Below are positions 45,780 through 56,598 of a DNA stretch of 64,000 nt, one piece after another. Both the position numbers and the translations under genes were made by a program. Each line of letters begins with the position of its first letter. Within the stretch, counting starts at the first letter, position 1. This DNA comes from an uncultured Actinomycetota bacterium (GTDB taxonomy: Bacteria; Actinomycetota; Actinomycetes; JAHEKZ01), in NCBI GenBank assembly GCA_963829525.1, contig CAWHIJ010000003.1, positions 768,001-832,000 of the forward strand, given 5' to 3'. A model generated the notes under the pieces. It did not search any database, had not been told where the DNA came from, and worked only from the letters and a program-made list of their open reading frames with translations.

Positions 45780-46652
45780 ATGACCCTCGTGGCAGCGACA
45801 ATTCTCGATGGCAAAGCAACAGCGGCAGCAATCAAGTCCGAGCTCGCGACCCGTGTGGCGGCGCTCAAGGCCCAGGGAATCCATCCCGGGCTCGGGACGA
45901 TCCTGGTGGGGGACGATCCCGGCAGCCACTCCTACGTAGGTGGCAAGCACCGTGACTGCGCCGAGGTGGGGATCGCCAGCATTAGACGCGACCTGCCAGA
46001 CGACGCCTCACAGGCCGAGGTTGAGCGGGCCGTTGTCGAGCTCAACGCTGATCCAGCGTGTACGGGTTACATCGTCCAGCTGCCACTGCCCAAAGCGCTT
46101 GACCCGCACCGGGTGCTGGCTCTGATGCATCCGGAGAAGGACGCCGACGGGCTGCATCCGATGAACCTTGGCCGTCTCGTGCTCGGGGAAGCGGCTCCCC
46201 TGCCCTGCACTCCGCGCGGGATCGTTGAGTTGCTGCGTCGCTACGACGTGCCGATTGCGGGCGCGGAAGTTGTGGTGGTCGGCCGAGGCGTGACAGTGGG
46301 GCGCCCGCTGGGTCTGTTGCTCACCAGGCGCAGCGAGAACGCCACCGTGACGCTTTGTCACACCGGTACCCGCGACCTGCGCGCCCACCTGGCCAGGGCC
46401 GACATCATCGTGGCTGCGGCGGGGGTGCCCGGCCTTGTCACCGCAGACTCAATCCGTCCCGGTGCTGCAGTCCTGGACGTCGGGATCACCCGGACCGATC
46501 TCGGCTTGGTGGGGGATGTGTCCCCCGAGGTCTCCGAGGTGGCCGGGCACCTTGCACCGATGCCCGGCGGCACTGGCCCCATGACGAGGGCGATGCTCCT
46601 GGCCAACGTCGTCGAACGCGCCGAAGCACAGGCCGGGGCAGTGACGGTCTGA
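45780..46652 (+). CDS. folD: Methylenetetrahydrofolate dehydrogenase/cyclohydrolase
   Basis: [41 protein letters not shown]. Confidence 0.96.
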   Translation: MTLVAATILDGKATAAAIKSELATRVAALKAQGIHPGLGTILVGDDPGSHSYVGGKHRDCAEVGIASIRRDLPDDASQAEVERAVVELNADPACTGYIVQLPLPKALDPHRVLALMHPEKDADGLHPMNLGRLVLGEAAPLPCTPRGIVELLRRYDVPIAGAEVVVVGRGVTVGRPLGLLLTRRSENATVTLCHTGTRDLRAHLARADIIVAAAGVPGLVTADSIRPGAAVLDVGITRTDLGLVGDVSPEVSEVAGHLAPMPGGTGPMTRAMLLANVVERAEAQAGAVTV

Positions 46653-46654
46653 CC

Positions 46655-46990
46655 GTGGTCGCCGACGAGCCCCCCATGGTGCGCCTCGACGGCGAGGGCA
46701 ACCCGGTCGACGACCAGCCACTCATTGAGCGCACGATCGATCAGTGGCCGCTGGCCCTGGTACTGCTTGGTCTGACGTCTGGATTGGTCGTCTTGTCCTT
46801 CTACGACTTCCGGATTGGATCGGCCATGCTCGGCGCCGCGGTCGTCTTCGGAGCTGCGCTGCGTACCGTCCTGCCGCACGACCGAGCGGGGCTGCTGGCG
46901 ATCCGGAGCAGACCGATCGATCTCATCACGATGTACGGGTTGGGCATCGCGCTGACCACCGTTGCAGTGCTCGTTCCGGCGGCCCGCTAA
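46655..46990 (+). CDS. DUF3017-like membrane protein
   Basis: QWPLALV...FRIG...AGLLAIRSR..D; usual position after folD. Confidence 0.8.
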   Translation: MVADEPPMVRLDGEGNPVDDQPLIERTIDQWPLALVLLGLTSGLVVLSFYDFRIGSAMLGAAVVFGAALRTVLPHDRAGLLAIRSRPIDLITMYGLGIALTTVAVLVPAAR

Positions 46991-47036
46991 TCTCGGAGGC
47001 GTCCCGAACCCAATGCAAGGACCGGTGAGTACTTAC

Positions 47037-48005
47037 ATGACGTCAGTTACCCGCAGCCGCAAGGCCACCGTTGTCGGAGCGGGCTTTTACGGCTCGACCA
47101 CGGCCCAGCGACTCGCCGAGTACGACATCTTCGACTCGGTCGTCCTCACCGACATCGTCGAGGGCAAGCCTGAGGGTTTAGCCCTCGACATGAACCAGTC
47201 GCGTCCCATCGAAGGCTTCGAGACCAAGGTCGTCGGTGTCACGACCGACCCTGCCACGGGTGCCGGGTATGAGAAGACCGCTGACAGCGACATCGTGGTC
47301 ATTACCGCTGGACTGCCACGCAAGCCGGGCATGAGCCGCATGGACCTCATCGAGACGAATGCCAAGATCGTGCGCGGTGTGGCCGAGAACGTGGCCAAGC
47401 ACTCACCCAACGCCGTCATCATTGTTGTGTCCAATCCACTGGACGAGATGACGGCCCTGGCTCAGCTGGCCAGCGGATTCCCGAAGGAGAGGGTGATCGG
47501 CCAGGCTGGAATGCTCGACACCGCCCGCTTCACCCACTTCGTCGCCGAGACGCTGGCCGTTCCGGTGGCGTCGGTTCGGACACTCACCCTCGGGTCGCAC
47601 GGCGACACGATGGTGCCCGTTCCCAGCCGCTGCACTGTCGACGGCAAGCCTCTGGCTGACCTCTTGCCGGCCGACAAGATCGAAGAGCTCGTGGTACGTA
47701 CTCGCAACGGTGGCGCCGAGGTCGTTGCTCTGCTCAAGACCGGGTCCGCCTACTACGCCCCCTCCGCCGCCGCTGCTCGCATGGCCAGGGCCGTTGCCGA
47801 AGACTCCGGTGCCGTCATGCCGGTGTGTGCGTGGGTCGACGGTGAGTACGGGATCGCCGGTGTCTACCTCGGCGTCGAGGCGGAAATCGGTGCTGCTGGG
47901 ATCCGCAAGGTGGTTGAGGCCGATCTGACCGAGTCCGAGCTCGCTGGGCTGAAGGAAGCCGCTGAGGCGGTCCGCGCCAAGCAGGCCGACGTCGTCGAGC
48001 TCTAG
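47037..48005 (+). CDS. mdh: Malate dehydrogenase, LDH-like type
   Basis: [38 protein letters not shown]. Confidence 0.94.
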   Translation: MTSVTRSRKATVVGAGFYGSTTAQRLAEYDIFDSVVLTDIVEGKPEGLALDMNQSRPIEGFETKVVGVTTDPATGAGYEKTADSDIVVITAGLPRKPGMSRMDLIETNAKIVRGVAENVAKHSPNAVIIVVSNPLDEMTALAQLASGFPKERVIGQAGMLDTARFTHFVAETLAVPVASVRTLTLGSHGDTMVPVPSRCTVDGKPLADLLPADKIEELVVRTRNGGAEVVALLKTGSAYYAPSAAAARMARAVAEDSGAVMPVCAWVDGEYGIAGVYLGVEAEIGAAGIRKVVEADLTESELAGLKEAAEAVRAKQADVVEL

Positions 48006-48054
48006 AGCTCTCCGACCCTCCAACGAAGTACCGACGCCGAAAGGGCTCCGCTTG

Positions 48055-49272
48055 ATGGCCAAGATCAAGGTCGACAACCCGGTCGTCGAGCTCGACGGCG
48101 ATGAGATGACGCGCATCATCTGGGCATTCATCAAAGAACAGCTGATCTTGCCTTACCTCGACATCGACCTGAAGTACTACGACCTCGGGATCGAGAGCCG
48201 GGATGCGACCGACGATCAGGTCACGGTCGATGCGGCAAACGCGATCAAGCGGTACGGCGTCGGAGTCAAGTGCGCCACCATCACTCCCGACGAAGCCCGC
48301 GTGGAGGAGTTCGGGCTCAAGAAGATGTGGCGGTCGCCGAATGGAACCATCCGTAACATCTTGGACGGCGTCATATTCCGAGAGCCGATCATCATCAGCA
48401 ACATCCCGAGGCTGGTACCTGGCTGGACCAAGCCGATCGTGATCGGGCGTCACGCGCACGGCGACCAGTACAAGGCAACGGATTTCGTCGTTCCCGGCCC
48501 TGGCAAGGTCACCATCACCTATCAGCCGGCCGACGGCAGCGAACCTATGGAGTTCGACATCGCTGACTTCCCCGGCGGCGGTGTCGCGATGGGGATGTAC
48601 AACTTCGACGCCTCGATCCGCGACTTCGCGCGGGCATCGATGCGCTATGGGCTGGCGCGCAACTTCCCGGTGTATCTGTCGACGAAGAACACCATCCTCA
48701 AGGCGTATGACGGCCGGTTCAAGGACCTCTTCGCCGAGGTGTTCGAGTCGGAGTTCAAAGCCGAGTTCGAGTCGGCCGGGATTACCTACGAGCACCGCCT
48801 CATCGACGACATGGTGGCCGCTGCCATGAAGTGGGAGGGCGGATACGTATGGGCCTGCAAGAACTACGACGGCGACGTGCAGTCCGACACGGTGGCGCAG
48901 GGGTTTGGCTCGCTGGGGCTGATGACCTCAGTGCTGATGACGCCAGACGGAAAGACCGTCGAGGCTGAGGCAGCGCACGGCACCGTCACCCGCCACTATC
49001 GGCAGCATCAACAGGGCAAGCCCACATCGACCAACCCGATCGCCTCTATCTTCGCTTGGACCCGTGGCTTGCATCACCGCGGAACAGTTGACGGCAACCC
49101 TGCACTGCAGCAGTTCGCCACCGATCTGGAATTGGTCTGCGTGGAGACAGTCGAGAGCGGCAAGATGACCAAAGACCTCGCGCTCCTGGTCGGTCCCGGG
49201 CAAGACTGGCTCAACACCCAGGACTTCCTGGCCGCGCTCGATGAGAACTTGCAGGCCAAGCGCGCCGGCTAG
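48055..49272 (+). CDS. icd: NADP-dependent isocitrate dehydrogenase (homodimeric, eukaryote-like)
   Basis: [50 protein letters not shown]. Confidence 0.97.
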   Translation: MAKIKVDNPVVELDGDEMTRIIWAFIKEQLILPYLDIDLKYYDLGIESRDATDDQVTVDAANAIKRYGVGVKCATITPDEARVEEFGLKKMWRSPNGTIRNILDGVIFREPIIISNIPRLVPGWTKPIVIGRHAHGDQYKATDFVVPGPGKVTITYQPADGSEPMEFDIADFPGGGVAMGMYNFDASIRDFARASMRYGLARNFPVYLSTKNTILKAYDGRFKDLFAEVFESEFKAEFESAGITYEHRLIDDMVAAAMKWEGGYVWACKNYDGDVQSDTVAQGFGSLGLMTSVLMTPDGKTVEAEAAHGTVTRHYRQHQQGKPTSTNPIASIFAWTRGLHHRGTVDGNPALQQFATDLELVCVETVESGKMTKDLALLVGPGQDWLNTQDFLAALDENLQAKRAG

Positions 49273-49351
49273 CACTCCCGCCGAGTGCACACCTCGTTGA
49301 AGTTATCCGGTGCCGAGTGCACCGTCAGGCGATAGCGTCGTGTCCACTCGG
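49272..49351. repeat. Short direct/inverted repeat cluster after icd (REP-like or terminator)
   Basis: GCCGAGTGCAC at 49280 and 49312; complements GCACTC at 49272 and GTCCACTCGG at 49342. Confidence 0.55.
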
Positions 49352-49401
49352 TTTGCAGTGGGACAGGATGTGCGCGGGGTTACACCACAGGCGGAGGGCC
49401 A

Positions 49402-50091
49402 ATGGCTGAGCACGTGACATTTGCAAGCAACGGTGGATCGTGTGGCGGGCTCTTCGCCGTACCAGCGTCTGGACGCGGTCCTGGCGTTGTGATCATCCAG
49501 GAGTGGTGGGGGTTAGTCCCCCATGTCGAGAGCCTGGTCGACCGGTTCGCCGAGGCTGGCTTTGTCGCTCTGGCGCCAGACCTCTACCACGGTGCCAGCA
49601 CCGATGAGCCCGACGAGGCGATGCGGATGATGATGGCTCTAGCCATGGATCCGGCCGCTCGAGACATCGCAGGCGCCGCACGGTTTCTCTTCGAGAGCGA
49701 CCCGACGAGCGGCAACGGAATCGGGGCCGTCGGTTTCTGTATGGGCGGATCGTTGGCCCTGTGGTCGGCGACCCTTGCGCCGCAGCTGACGACAGCAGTG
49801 GGCTTCTACCCAGCGTTGCCGTGGGACAGAATGAGTCCTGAGTGGCCGAACTACTCCGGCAAGGCAGCGATGATCCACTGCTCGGAGCAGGACGGAACGT
49901 CGACGGCCGAAGGGATCCAACAGGCAAAGACGGCTATTGAGAAAGCCGGCGGCAGCATCGAGCTCTTCGACTACCCCGGCACCCAGCATGCGTTCTTCAA
50001 CGATGAGCGCCCCGAGGTCTACGACTCTGCAGCCTCTGCCACGGCGTGGGAGCGCACCATCAAGTTCTTGCACGACCGGCTCTCGGGTTGA
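49402..50091 (+). CDS. Dienelactone hydrolase family protein
   Basis: [27 protein letters not shown]. Confidence 0.92.
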   Translation: MAEHVTFASNGGSCGGLFAVPASGRGPGVVIIQEWWGLVPHVESLVDRFAEAGFVALAPDLYHGASTDEPDEAMRMMMALAMDPAARDIAGAARFLFESDPTSGNGIGAVGFCMGGSLALWSATLAPQLTTAVGFYPALPWDRMSPEWPNYSGKAAMIHCSEQDGTSTAEGIQQAKTAIEKAGGSIELFDYPGTQHAFFNDERPEVYDSAASATAWERTIKFLHDRLSG

Positions 50092-50834
50092 GTCCAAAGG
50101 TTGACGCGGTCCGCGACGCAGCCGCGGTGGTCGTTGCTGCCGCAGGGGCGACGAGTCTGGCCCAGCTCGATGGATGCGTCGGTGCGTGCAGGGCGTGTGA
50201 GCGTCTGGTCGATTGGCGCGAACGCGTCGCTGTCGAGAAGCGACGCGCCTTCGCCGACGAGGTCTACTGGGGTCGTGCGGTGCCAGGGTTCGGTGACCCG
50301 GACGCAAAGATCGTGATCGTCGGATTGGCTCCAGCGGCGCACGGTGCCAACCGGACTGGGCGGATGTTCACCGGTGACCGCAGCGGCGACTGGCTCTACG
50401 CCGCACTGCACCGAGCCGGCTTCGCCAACCAGCCGACATCGGTCTCCGCCGACGACGGATTGCGACTCACTGGCGTCCGGATCACCGCTGCCGTGCGATG
50501 TGCCCCGCCGAACAACCATCCGACGCCGGGGGAGCGCGACACCTGCGCCCCATGGTTGGACGCCGAGTTGCGGCTGCTGCCCGAAGCCCGGGTCGTGGTT
50601 GCCCTGGGAGGGTTTGCCTGGATCGCTGCCTTAGCCGCGCTGGGCAGGGCTGGGGCGCAGGTGCCGCGCCCGCGTCCTCGGTTTGGCCACGGTGCGGAGG
50701 CCGCGATGGGCAGGTGGACGCTGGTGGGGTCATTCCACCCGAGCCAGCAGAACACCTTCACCGGGCGGCTGACCGAACCCATGCTCGACGACGTGTTCAG
50801 CCGAGCTCGCGTTTTGGTTGGACTCAACGCATAA
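50088..50834 (+). CDS. udgB: Family 5 uracil-DNA glycosylase (Fe-S)
   Basis: [40 protein letters not shown]; start inferred at the overlapping TTG. Confidence 0.92.
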   Translation: MSPKVDAVRDAAAVVVAAAGATSLAQLDGCVGACRACERLVDWRERVAVEKRRAFADEVYWGRAVPGFGDPDAKIVIVGLAPAAHGANRTGRMFTGDRSGDWLYAALHRAGFANQPTSVSADDGLRLTGVRITAAVRCAPPNNHPTPGERDTCAPWLDAELRLLPEARVVVALGGFAWIAALAALGRAGAQVPRPRPRFGHGAEAAMGRWTLVGSFHPSQQNTFTGRLTEPMLDDVFSRARVLVGLNA

Positions 50835-50899
50835 CTTGATGTCAAGTTTTTGCCTCTCCGTCCACCCTGGGGGTTGCGCCGGGTTCCTACATTGGTCTC

Positions 50900-52252
50900 A
50901 TGAGTGCTGCACCAGACACCCGGACCCCGCTCCCCCGCATCTTGATCGTCGGGGGTGGATACGTCGGGCTCTACTCGGCCATGCGACTCCTGAAGAAGCT
51001 GCGCAACGACGAAGCCGTCGTAACGGTCGTCAACCCCCGGTCATACATGACGTACCAGCCGTTCCTTCCGGAAGCTGCTGCTGGTGCGGTCTCACCGCGG
51101 CACGTCGTCGTGCCACTGCGCAGGGTGCTGCGCGGGGCAGAGATCATTGCGGCCAAGGTCACCGAGATCAACCACGCCAATCGAACGGCGACCATCCAGC
51201 CGCTGGAAGGTGACGCGTATCCGCTCCAGTACGACCACCTGGTGATGGCGGTCGGCTCAGTCTCGCGGACCCTGCCCATCCCGGGCTTGGCCGAGTGGGC
51301 GACCGGCTTCAAGACCGTCGAGGAAGCGATTCAGCTGCGCAACCGCGTATTGGAGTGCCTCGACATCGCTGAGTCGACGCACTCACCGGAGATCCGCGAG
51401 CGCAACCTCAACTTCGTCGTGGTCGGCGGTGGGTACGCCGGGGTCGAAGCTCTCGCCGAGCTGGAGGACATGGCTCGGTATGCCACGCGGTACTACCCCG
51501 GCATCGATTCCGACGAAGTGAGATTCCACCTCGTCGAGGCTACTGGGCAGGTCCTGCCCGAAGTCGGCCCCGAGATGGGAGTCTGGACGCTTGAGCAACT
51601 GCGCAAGCGGGGGATCGACGTCAAGCTCGAGACGCGACTCGAGTCCTGCGTGAGCGGTCATATCGTGCTGTCGGACGGCACCGAGTTCGACGCTGAGACA
51701 CTCGTGTGGACTGCCGGCGTCAAGGCGAGCCCGGTCTTGCAGAACACCGACCTCCCGCTCAACGAGCGCGGACGGCTGCTCGCCGACGTCCACCTTCAGG
51801 TGGTCGGTACCACCAACGCGTGGGGTGCTGGTGACGGAGCGGCAGTTCCCGACCTCACCACCGATGACAACCGTGAGTGCGCACCGAACGCTCAACATGC
51901 TGTCCGCCAGTCGAAGGTGTTGGCCGACAACGTGGTCGCGGCGCTTCGCGGGTTCCCCCTGCACGAGTACAAGCACAAGTACGTGGGCTCCGTTGCCGGC
52001 CTTGGTCTCTACAAGGGCGTCGCAAATGTGTACGGCGTCAAGGTCAAGGGGCTGCCGGCATGGTTCATGCACCGGACCTACCACATGAGCAGGGTGCCGA
52101 CCCTGAACCGCAAGATCCGAGTGATCGTCGACTGGACGATGGCCCTCTTCTTCAAGCGCGAGATCGTCTCACTCTGGTCCATGCACGAGCCATTCACCGA
52201 GTTCCAGGCGGCCGCTACCCCACCGTCTCGCCGCCTGCCACCGGCTGCCTGA
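50900..52252 (+). CDS. ndh: Type II NADH dehydrogenase-like FAD oxidoreductase
   Basis: GGGYVG, YQPFLPE, second GGGYAGVE, VWTAGV, AGDGAAVPD. Confidence 0.88.
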   Translation: MSAAPDTRTPLPRILIVGGGYVGLYSAMRLLKKLRNDEAVVTVVNPRSYMTYQPFLPEAAAGAVSPRHVVVPLRRVLRGAEIIAAKVTEINHANRTATIQPLEGDAYPLQYDHLVMAVGSVSRTLPIPGLAEWATGFKTVEEAIQLRNRVLECLDIAESTHSPEIRERNLNFVVVGGGYAGVEALAELEDMARYATRYYPGIDSDEVRFHLVEATGQVLPEVGPEMGVWTLEQLRKRGIDVKLETRLESCVSGHIVLSDGTEFDAETLVWTAGVKASPVLQNTDLPLNERGRLLADVHLQVVGTTNAWGAGDGAAVPDLTTDDNRECAPNAQHAVRQSKVLADNVVAALRGFPLHEYKHKYVGSVAGLGLYKGVANVYGVKVKGLPAWFMHRTYHMSRVPTLNRKIRVIVDWTMALFFKREIVSLWSMHEPFTEFQAAATPPSRRLPPAA

Positions 52253-52304
52253 CTCGCGCCTCCAGGGCTGGGCCTGAGCGTTCAACGCACTAATCTGAAG
52301 GCTG

Positions 52305-52386
52305 GCCCGGATGGCGTAACTGGCAGCCGCTGACCACTTAAAATGGTTTGCCGAAAGGCGTGTGGGTTCGAGTCCCACTCCGGGCA
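52305..52386 (+). tRNA. tRNA-Leu(UAA), bldA/leuX-type; CCA not encoded
   Basis: Acceptor GCCCGGA/TCCGGGC+A, anticodon loop CTTAAAA in a GACCA/TGGTT stem, long variable arm GCC-GAAA-GGC, T-arm GTGGGTTCGAGTCCCAC. Confidence 0.95.
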
Positions 52387-52535
52387 CGTTGCAGAGCCGA
52401 TTTGTCGTTTTCTTGGCCCCGATCGGACATCCGGGCTGTGCTTACACCCGAAATGAGTTACCGTTGTTCTACCGGCCACCGGCCGGAGTACCTGTTGGAC
52501 GACGTCTCGTCTCACGAAAGGGCCGATCAGTCCGG

Positions 52536-53381
52536 ATGGAAACGCGCAACCCCGTCATCGCTCGTATGGAGAAGGAAGCCAAGGCCAACGGCGGCTACGC
52601 CGGAATCGGAACGGCGACCGCCACTCAGACCGCACCAGCTGGCTACGACGTCCCACCAACGATGCCGGTCGAGATGACCCCCGCTGGTACGCCGATGACT
52701 GTCAACGACGTCGTGGTGCGTACGGCAACATTGTTCGTCCCGCTGCTCATCACCGCCTATCTGGCCTGGACGCTGGAGGTCGGCACCGGCATCGTCCTGA
52801 TCGCCATGTTGGTCGCGCTCGGGCTCGGCTTCTGGGGGGCGTTGTCGAAGAAGGTGCGGCCTGTCGTCTTCCTCGCCTATGCCACTGTCGAAGGCGTTGT
52901 TGTCGGTGGCTTCAGCTTCTGGATGCAGGAGTACGTCAACCAAAGCCAGTGGGCAGCTGGGAACCCAGACCCGCCCAATATCGTTCTCCAAGCCGTTATC
53001 GGCACGCTCGCGGCCTTCACCGCGATGCTCGTCCTCTACGGCACCCGGATCATCAAGGTCACTGGCCGCTTCAAGAAGATGATGGCCGTCGCATTCTTGG
53101 CCTACTTCGGGATCGCCATCATCAGCCTGTTCGCCTCGTTCTTCGGAGTCGGTGGCGGCTGGGGCTTCTACGGAGTTGACGGCTTGGGTCTGCTGCTCTG
53201 CGCGGCGGGAGTGGCGCTGGCGTCGTTCTCGCTGGTGCTCGACTTCGATGCGATCGAGACGGGCGTTGCAGCTGGCCTGCCCGAGAAGGAGTCGTGGCGC
53301 GCGGCCTTCGGTCTGACCGTCACCTTGGTCTGGCTCTACCTTGAGATCTTGCGCTTGCTCGCGATCCTCAACCGCAGTTAG
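52536..53381 (+). CDS. Bax inhibitor-1/YccA-family membrane protein
   Basis: MTVNDVV.RT, YATVEG, QAVIGT, LVLDFD, AAFGLTVTLVWLYLEILRLL. Confidence 0.92.
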   Translation: METRNPVIARMEKEAKANGGYAGIGTATATQTAPAGYDVPPTMPVEMTPAGTPMTVNDVVVRTATLFVPLLITAYLAWTLEVGTGIVLIAMLVALGLGFWGALSKKVRPVVFLAYATVEGVVVGGFSFWMQEYVNQSQWAAGNPDPPNIVLQAVIGTLAAFTAMLVLYGTRIIKVTGRFKKMMAVAFLAYFGIAIISLFASFFGVGGGWGFYGVDGLGLLLCAAGVALASFSLVLDFDAIETGVAAGLPEKESWRAAFGLTVTLVWLYLEILRLLAILNRS

Positions 53382-53400
53382 CCGCGCCACCGTCTCACAG

Positions 53401-53443
53401 CGAAGGGGCCGCCGGACCGTTCACACGGTCGGCGGCCCCTTCG
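53401..53443. terminator. Strong bidirectional hairpin terminator
   Basis: CGAAGGGGCCGCC(G)GACCGT-TCAC-ACGGTCGGCGGCCCCTTCG between convergent genes. Confidence 0.85.
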
Positions 53444-53458
53444 TCTGTGGGCCCGGCG

Positions 53459-53692
53459 CTACTGCACGCGCCGGGCGGCTCGCACCTTGTCGTACTCGTG
53501 CACGACGGCGGTGGCGTAGCTATGCGGGATTTCGTGCTCGTCCTGCAGCCAATGGACTCGCTCTTCGAAGCGGGTCAGCGCTGGGCCGTCCTGCACCACC
53601 TGAAACCACTCGTCGATCGGCTTTCCCGTTGCCTCAGGCAGACGGGCGACCAGATTGGCGTGGGTCTCTTCGGAGTGGTGCAGAGAAGACAT
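53459..53692 (-). CDS. DUF4287-family protein
   Basis: HSEETH...ATGK...W...RFEERVHWLQDEH...HSYATAVVHE. Confidence 0.8.
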   Translation of the reverse strand: MSSLHHSEETHANLVARLPEATGKPIDEWFQVVQDGPALTRFEERVHWLQDEHEIPHSYATAVVHEYDKVRAARRVQ

Positions 53693-53784
53693 GGCAACTC
53701 CCGATGCTGAAGGAACGTGGCTCTACCGTGCCTCAGTGTGCCCCGGGCCGCAAGACCCGAAAGGTCCCGAGATAACGTGCGTCC

Positions 53785-54111
53785 GTGCCCGATCTGCAGG
53801 AAGACCGAAAGGCGTTGAATCGGCTCTGCGACCGGCTCCGTTCTGCGCCGGAGACGCGCTTGGTGCGGGTCGAAGACCGGCTTTGCGGTGCCTCGGTGGC
53901 CGACGCCGTGCACGGGGCAGCGGCGTGGGCAGCGTCGGTGCAAGGGATCAGTGACCAGGTCCCACGGCTGCATCCGCTGGCCAGTGGTGACCAGCTGCGT
54001 GTGGTGGGCGGCGACTTGCTCGACTGGGTTGCCGGCACCCCAACCGACGGCACCGAGGACGTGCTGGCGGAGTGGCGGGCGCTGGTCGAACGCCTGCGAG
54101 TGGTGGTCTGA
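53785..54111 (+). CDS. Conserved actinobacterial hypothetical protein
   Basis: RLCDRLRSAPETRL...ASGDQLRVVGGDL pattern. Confidence 0.55.
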   Translation: MPDLQEDRKALNRLCDRLRSAPETRLVRVEDRLCGASVADAVHGAAAWAASVQGISDQVPRLHPLASGDQLRVVGGDLLDWVAGTPTDGTEDVLAEWRALVERLRVVV

Positions 54112-54122
54112 CCCCGTAAGGG

Positions 54123-55064
54123 CTAGCGGTCGCTCGTGGCGGGTGTCTGTTGGCGCTGCAGCCGCAACAAGGCCCTGACCCGGGACCCTCGGTCGGCGCT
54201 GACTTCTGCTCCACCGACCTCTGCGGCCCGGGCAGCAGCATGAGCGAGGTCGAGCGGCATCGAGCCCCTGGCCGACTCCTGCGAGGGCGCGAGGGCATCG
54301 GCCAGGCTCGGCACGATTGCCTCGGCGAAATGGCGATATCCGGTAGCGGACGGGTGGAACTGGTCGGGCCCGAACATAGTGTCGGGGTGGGCGTCGAACT
54401 CTGGCCCGAGGAGGTCAGCGAGAGCCACACTCCGGGCTCCGGCCGAGACAGCTGCCACGGTCTGGGCGGCTGCCAGTGAGCGGCTCCAGCGGCGGGCCAC
54501 CCACCGCAGCGGGTGCGGGATCGGTCGGATGGTTCCGAGGTCTGGGCAGGTGGCGACGACGACCTCGACGCCGTTGGCGCGTAGCCGGTCGATCGCGGAG
54601 GTGAGCAGTGCGACCGAACGACCAGGGGGCACTCGGTGCGTGACGTCGTTGGCGCCAATGCCGATGACTGCGGCGTCGGGCCAGTCGGGCTCGATCTGGT
54701 CGATCTGTGTCTGGAGGTCACCGCTCTGTGCGCCGACGACAGCGAAGCATCGCAACTGCACTTCCCGACCCAGCTCGACCGCGAGCCCAGCGGCTATTAC
54801 AGCGGCTGTGGTCTCCTCCGGGTGCTCGACGCCGAAGCCGGCGGCTCCAGAGTCCCCGAAGACGGCGAGCGCCACGGGAACCCCTCCGGTGCCGTACGTC
54901 CCGTCGGCGACCGGTGGTTTCGTCACCGGCTCGCCGATGCGGTGCCTGGCCAGGCGTGACTGGCCGAGCATGACGCCGTAGATGACGCCACCGGCTCCGA
55001 CCAGGCCCGCGCCACCGACGGCTGCGGCGGAGGCGATCCCTCGCGCTCGACTGGCTCGACTCAT
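54123..55064 (-). CDS. SGNH/GDSL hydrolase
   Basis: FGDSGAAG, IGANDVTH, DQFHPSA; divergent from cbs as usual in actinobacteria. Confidence 0.92.
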   Translation of the reverse strand: MSRASRARGIASAAAVGGAGLVGAGGVIYGVMLGQSRLARHRIGEPVTKPPVADGTYGTGGVPVALAVFGDSGAAGFGVEHPEETTAAVIAAGLAVELGREVQLRCFAVVGAQSGDLQTQIDQIEPDWPDAAVIGIGANDVTHRVPPGRSVALLTSAIDRLRANGVEVVVATCPDLGTIRPIPHPLRWVARRWSRSLAAAQTVAAVSAGARSVALADLLGPEFDAHPDTMFGPDQFHPSATGYRHFAEAIVPSLADALAPSQESARGSMPLDLAHAAARAAEVGGAEVSADRGSRVRALLRLQRQQTPATSDR

Positions 55065-55211
55065 GGGTGTGCCTCCTCTCGCTCGCGCATCAGGCCTACT
55101 GACGTGGACCCTCTACGGTAGTCGACCGGCTGGTGGCGCGGGTTTACGCCCGGGAGCGAGATGACCTGAGCCAGAACTGGTACCAGCGGGGCCCGGTCGT
55201 AGGCTGCAGCC

Positions 55212-56579
55212 GTGGAAACTTACGACTCAGTGATCGAGCTCATCGGAAACACCCCGCTCGTGCGCCTGAACAGAGTCACGGAGGGCGCTGGCGCTCCGGT
55301 CTACGCCAAGGTCGAGTACTTCAACCCCGGCGGGTCGGTCAAGGACCGGATCGCGCTTCGGATGGTTGACGCCGCCGAGCGTGAAGGCCTCCTCAAGCCA
55401 GGCGGCACGATCGTCGAACCGACGTCAGGAAACACCGGAGTTGGCTTGGCCCTCGTGGCGCAGCAACGTGGCTACTCCTGTGTCTTTGTTGTCCCCGACA
55501 AGGTGAGTCAGGACAAGATCAATGTGCTCAAGGCGTACGGCGCCGACGTAGTCGTCTGCCCGACGGCAGTGCCACCTGAGCACCCCGACTCGTACTACAA
55601 CGTCAGTGACCGCTTGGCGGGCGAGATCCCTGGTGCATGGAAGCCAGACCAGTACGCGAACCAGAACAACCCCATGTCGCACTACGAGCAGACCGGCCCT
55701 GAGCTGTGGCGGCAGACCGATGGCCGTCTCACCCACTTCGTGGCCGGCGTCGGGACCGGCGGGACGATCACCGGCACTGGGCGCTATCTCAAGGAGGTCT
55801 CCGACGGGCGGGTGCAGATCGTGGGAGCCGACCCCGAGGGGTCGGTCTACTCCGGTGGCACCGGGCGCCCGTACCTCGTCGAAGGCGTTGGTGAGGACTT
55901 CTGGCCGACGACGTATGACCCCGCGCTCGTCGACGAGGTGATTGCGGTGAGCGACGCTGACTCGTTCGCCATGACGCGGCGCCTGGCTCGCGAGGAGGGC
56001 CTGTTGGTTGGCGGCTCGTGCGGCATGGCGGTGGTTGCTGCCGTCGAAGTCGCGCAGCGGCTCACTCCGGACGACATGGTCGTCGTGTTGTTGCCCGACT
56101 CCGGCCGCGGCTACCTGTCGAAAGTCTTCAACGACGAGTGGCTGGCGCAGTACGGGTTCCTGCCCGAGCGGGGCGAGAGCCAGTCGGTCGGCGACGTGCT
56201 CCGCACCAAGGGTGGGGACCTGCCAACCTTCGTGCACACCCACCCGAACGAGACACTGGCCGAGGCGATCGAAATCTTGCGCGAGTTCGGCGTTTCGCAG
56301 ATGCCGGTGGTCCGCGCCGAGCCACCCGTCATGGCAGCAGAGGTCGCCGGTTCGGTGATCGAGCGCGACCTGCTCGATGCCCTCTTCACCGGACGCGCCA
56401 AGCTCTCCGACCGTGTCGAGGACCAGATGTCGCCGGCGCTGCCAAGCGTTGGCGCCGGCGAGCCGGCATCAGCAGCAGTTTCTGCTCTGGAGAAGGCCGA
56501 TGCCGTGGTCGTCCTCGAGGACGGCAAGCCCATCGGCGTGCTCACCCGCCAAGACCTGCTGGGTTTCCTCGCCGCCTGA
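55212..56579 (+). CDS. cbs: Cystathionine beta-synthase (PLP domain plus CBS pair)
   Basis: NPGGSVKDR, EPTSGNTG, GTGGTITG, GVSQMPV, TRQDLL. Confidence 0.96.
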   Translation: METYDSVIELIGNTPLVRLNRVTEGAGAPVYAKVEYFNPGGSVKDRIALRMVDAAEREGLLKPGGTIVEPTSGNTGVGLALVAQQRGYSCVFVVPDKVSQDKINVLKAYGADVVVCPTAVPPEHPDSYYNVSDRLAGEIPGAWKPDQYANQNNPMSHYEQTGPELWRQTDGRLTHFVAGVGTGGTITGTGRYLKEVSDGRVQIVGADPEGSVYSGGTGRPYLVEGVGEDFWPTTYDPALVDEVIAVSDADSFAMTRRLAREEGLLVGGSCGMAVVAAVEVAQRLTPDDMVVVLLPDSGRGYLSKVFNDEWLAQYGFLPERGESQSVGDVLRTKGGDLPTFVHTHPNETLAEAIEILREFGVSQMPVVRAEPPVMAAEVAGSVIERDLLDALFTGRAKLSDRVEDQMSPALPSVGAGEPASAAVSALEKADAVVVLEDGKPIGVLTRQDLLGFLAA

Positions 56580-56598
56580 ACAGGACGAGTCACCAGGT

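Noticed and set aside
47037-48005. LDH-like malate dehydrogenase as evidence of recent transfer
   Set aside because: This type occurs in several actinobacterial lineages, sits in the normal folD-mdh-icd context and shows ordinary codon style.
49270-49290. CIRCE element after icd (TAGCACTC...GAGTGC)
   Set aside because: Spacer is 5 nt rather than 9 and it overlaps the icd stop; better read as a hairpin or repeat.
52305-52386. bldA-style translational control through rare TTA codons (a TTA occurs in the MerR gene at 8236)
   Set aside because: In-frame TTA codons also occur in housekeeping genes here (guaA, pcrA, purH, mdh), so this tRNA must be constitutive.
52387-52535. Genomic island integrated at tRNA-Leu
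   Set aside because: No integrase and no repeated tRNA 3' end seen; downstream genes are the usual core neighbours.
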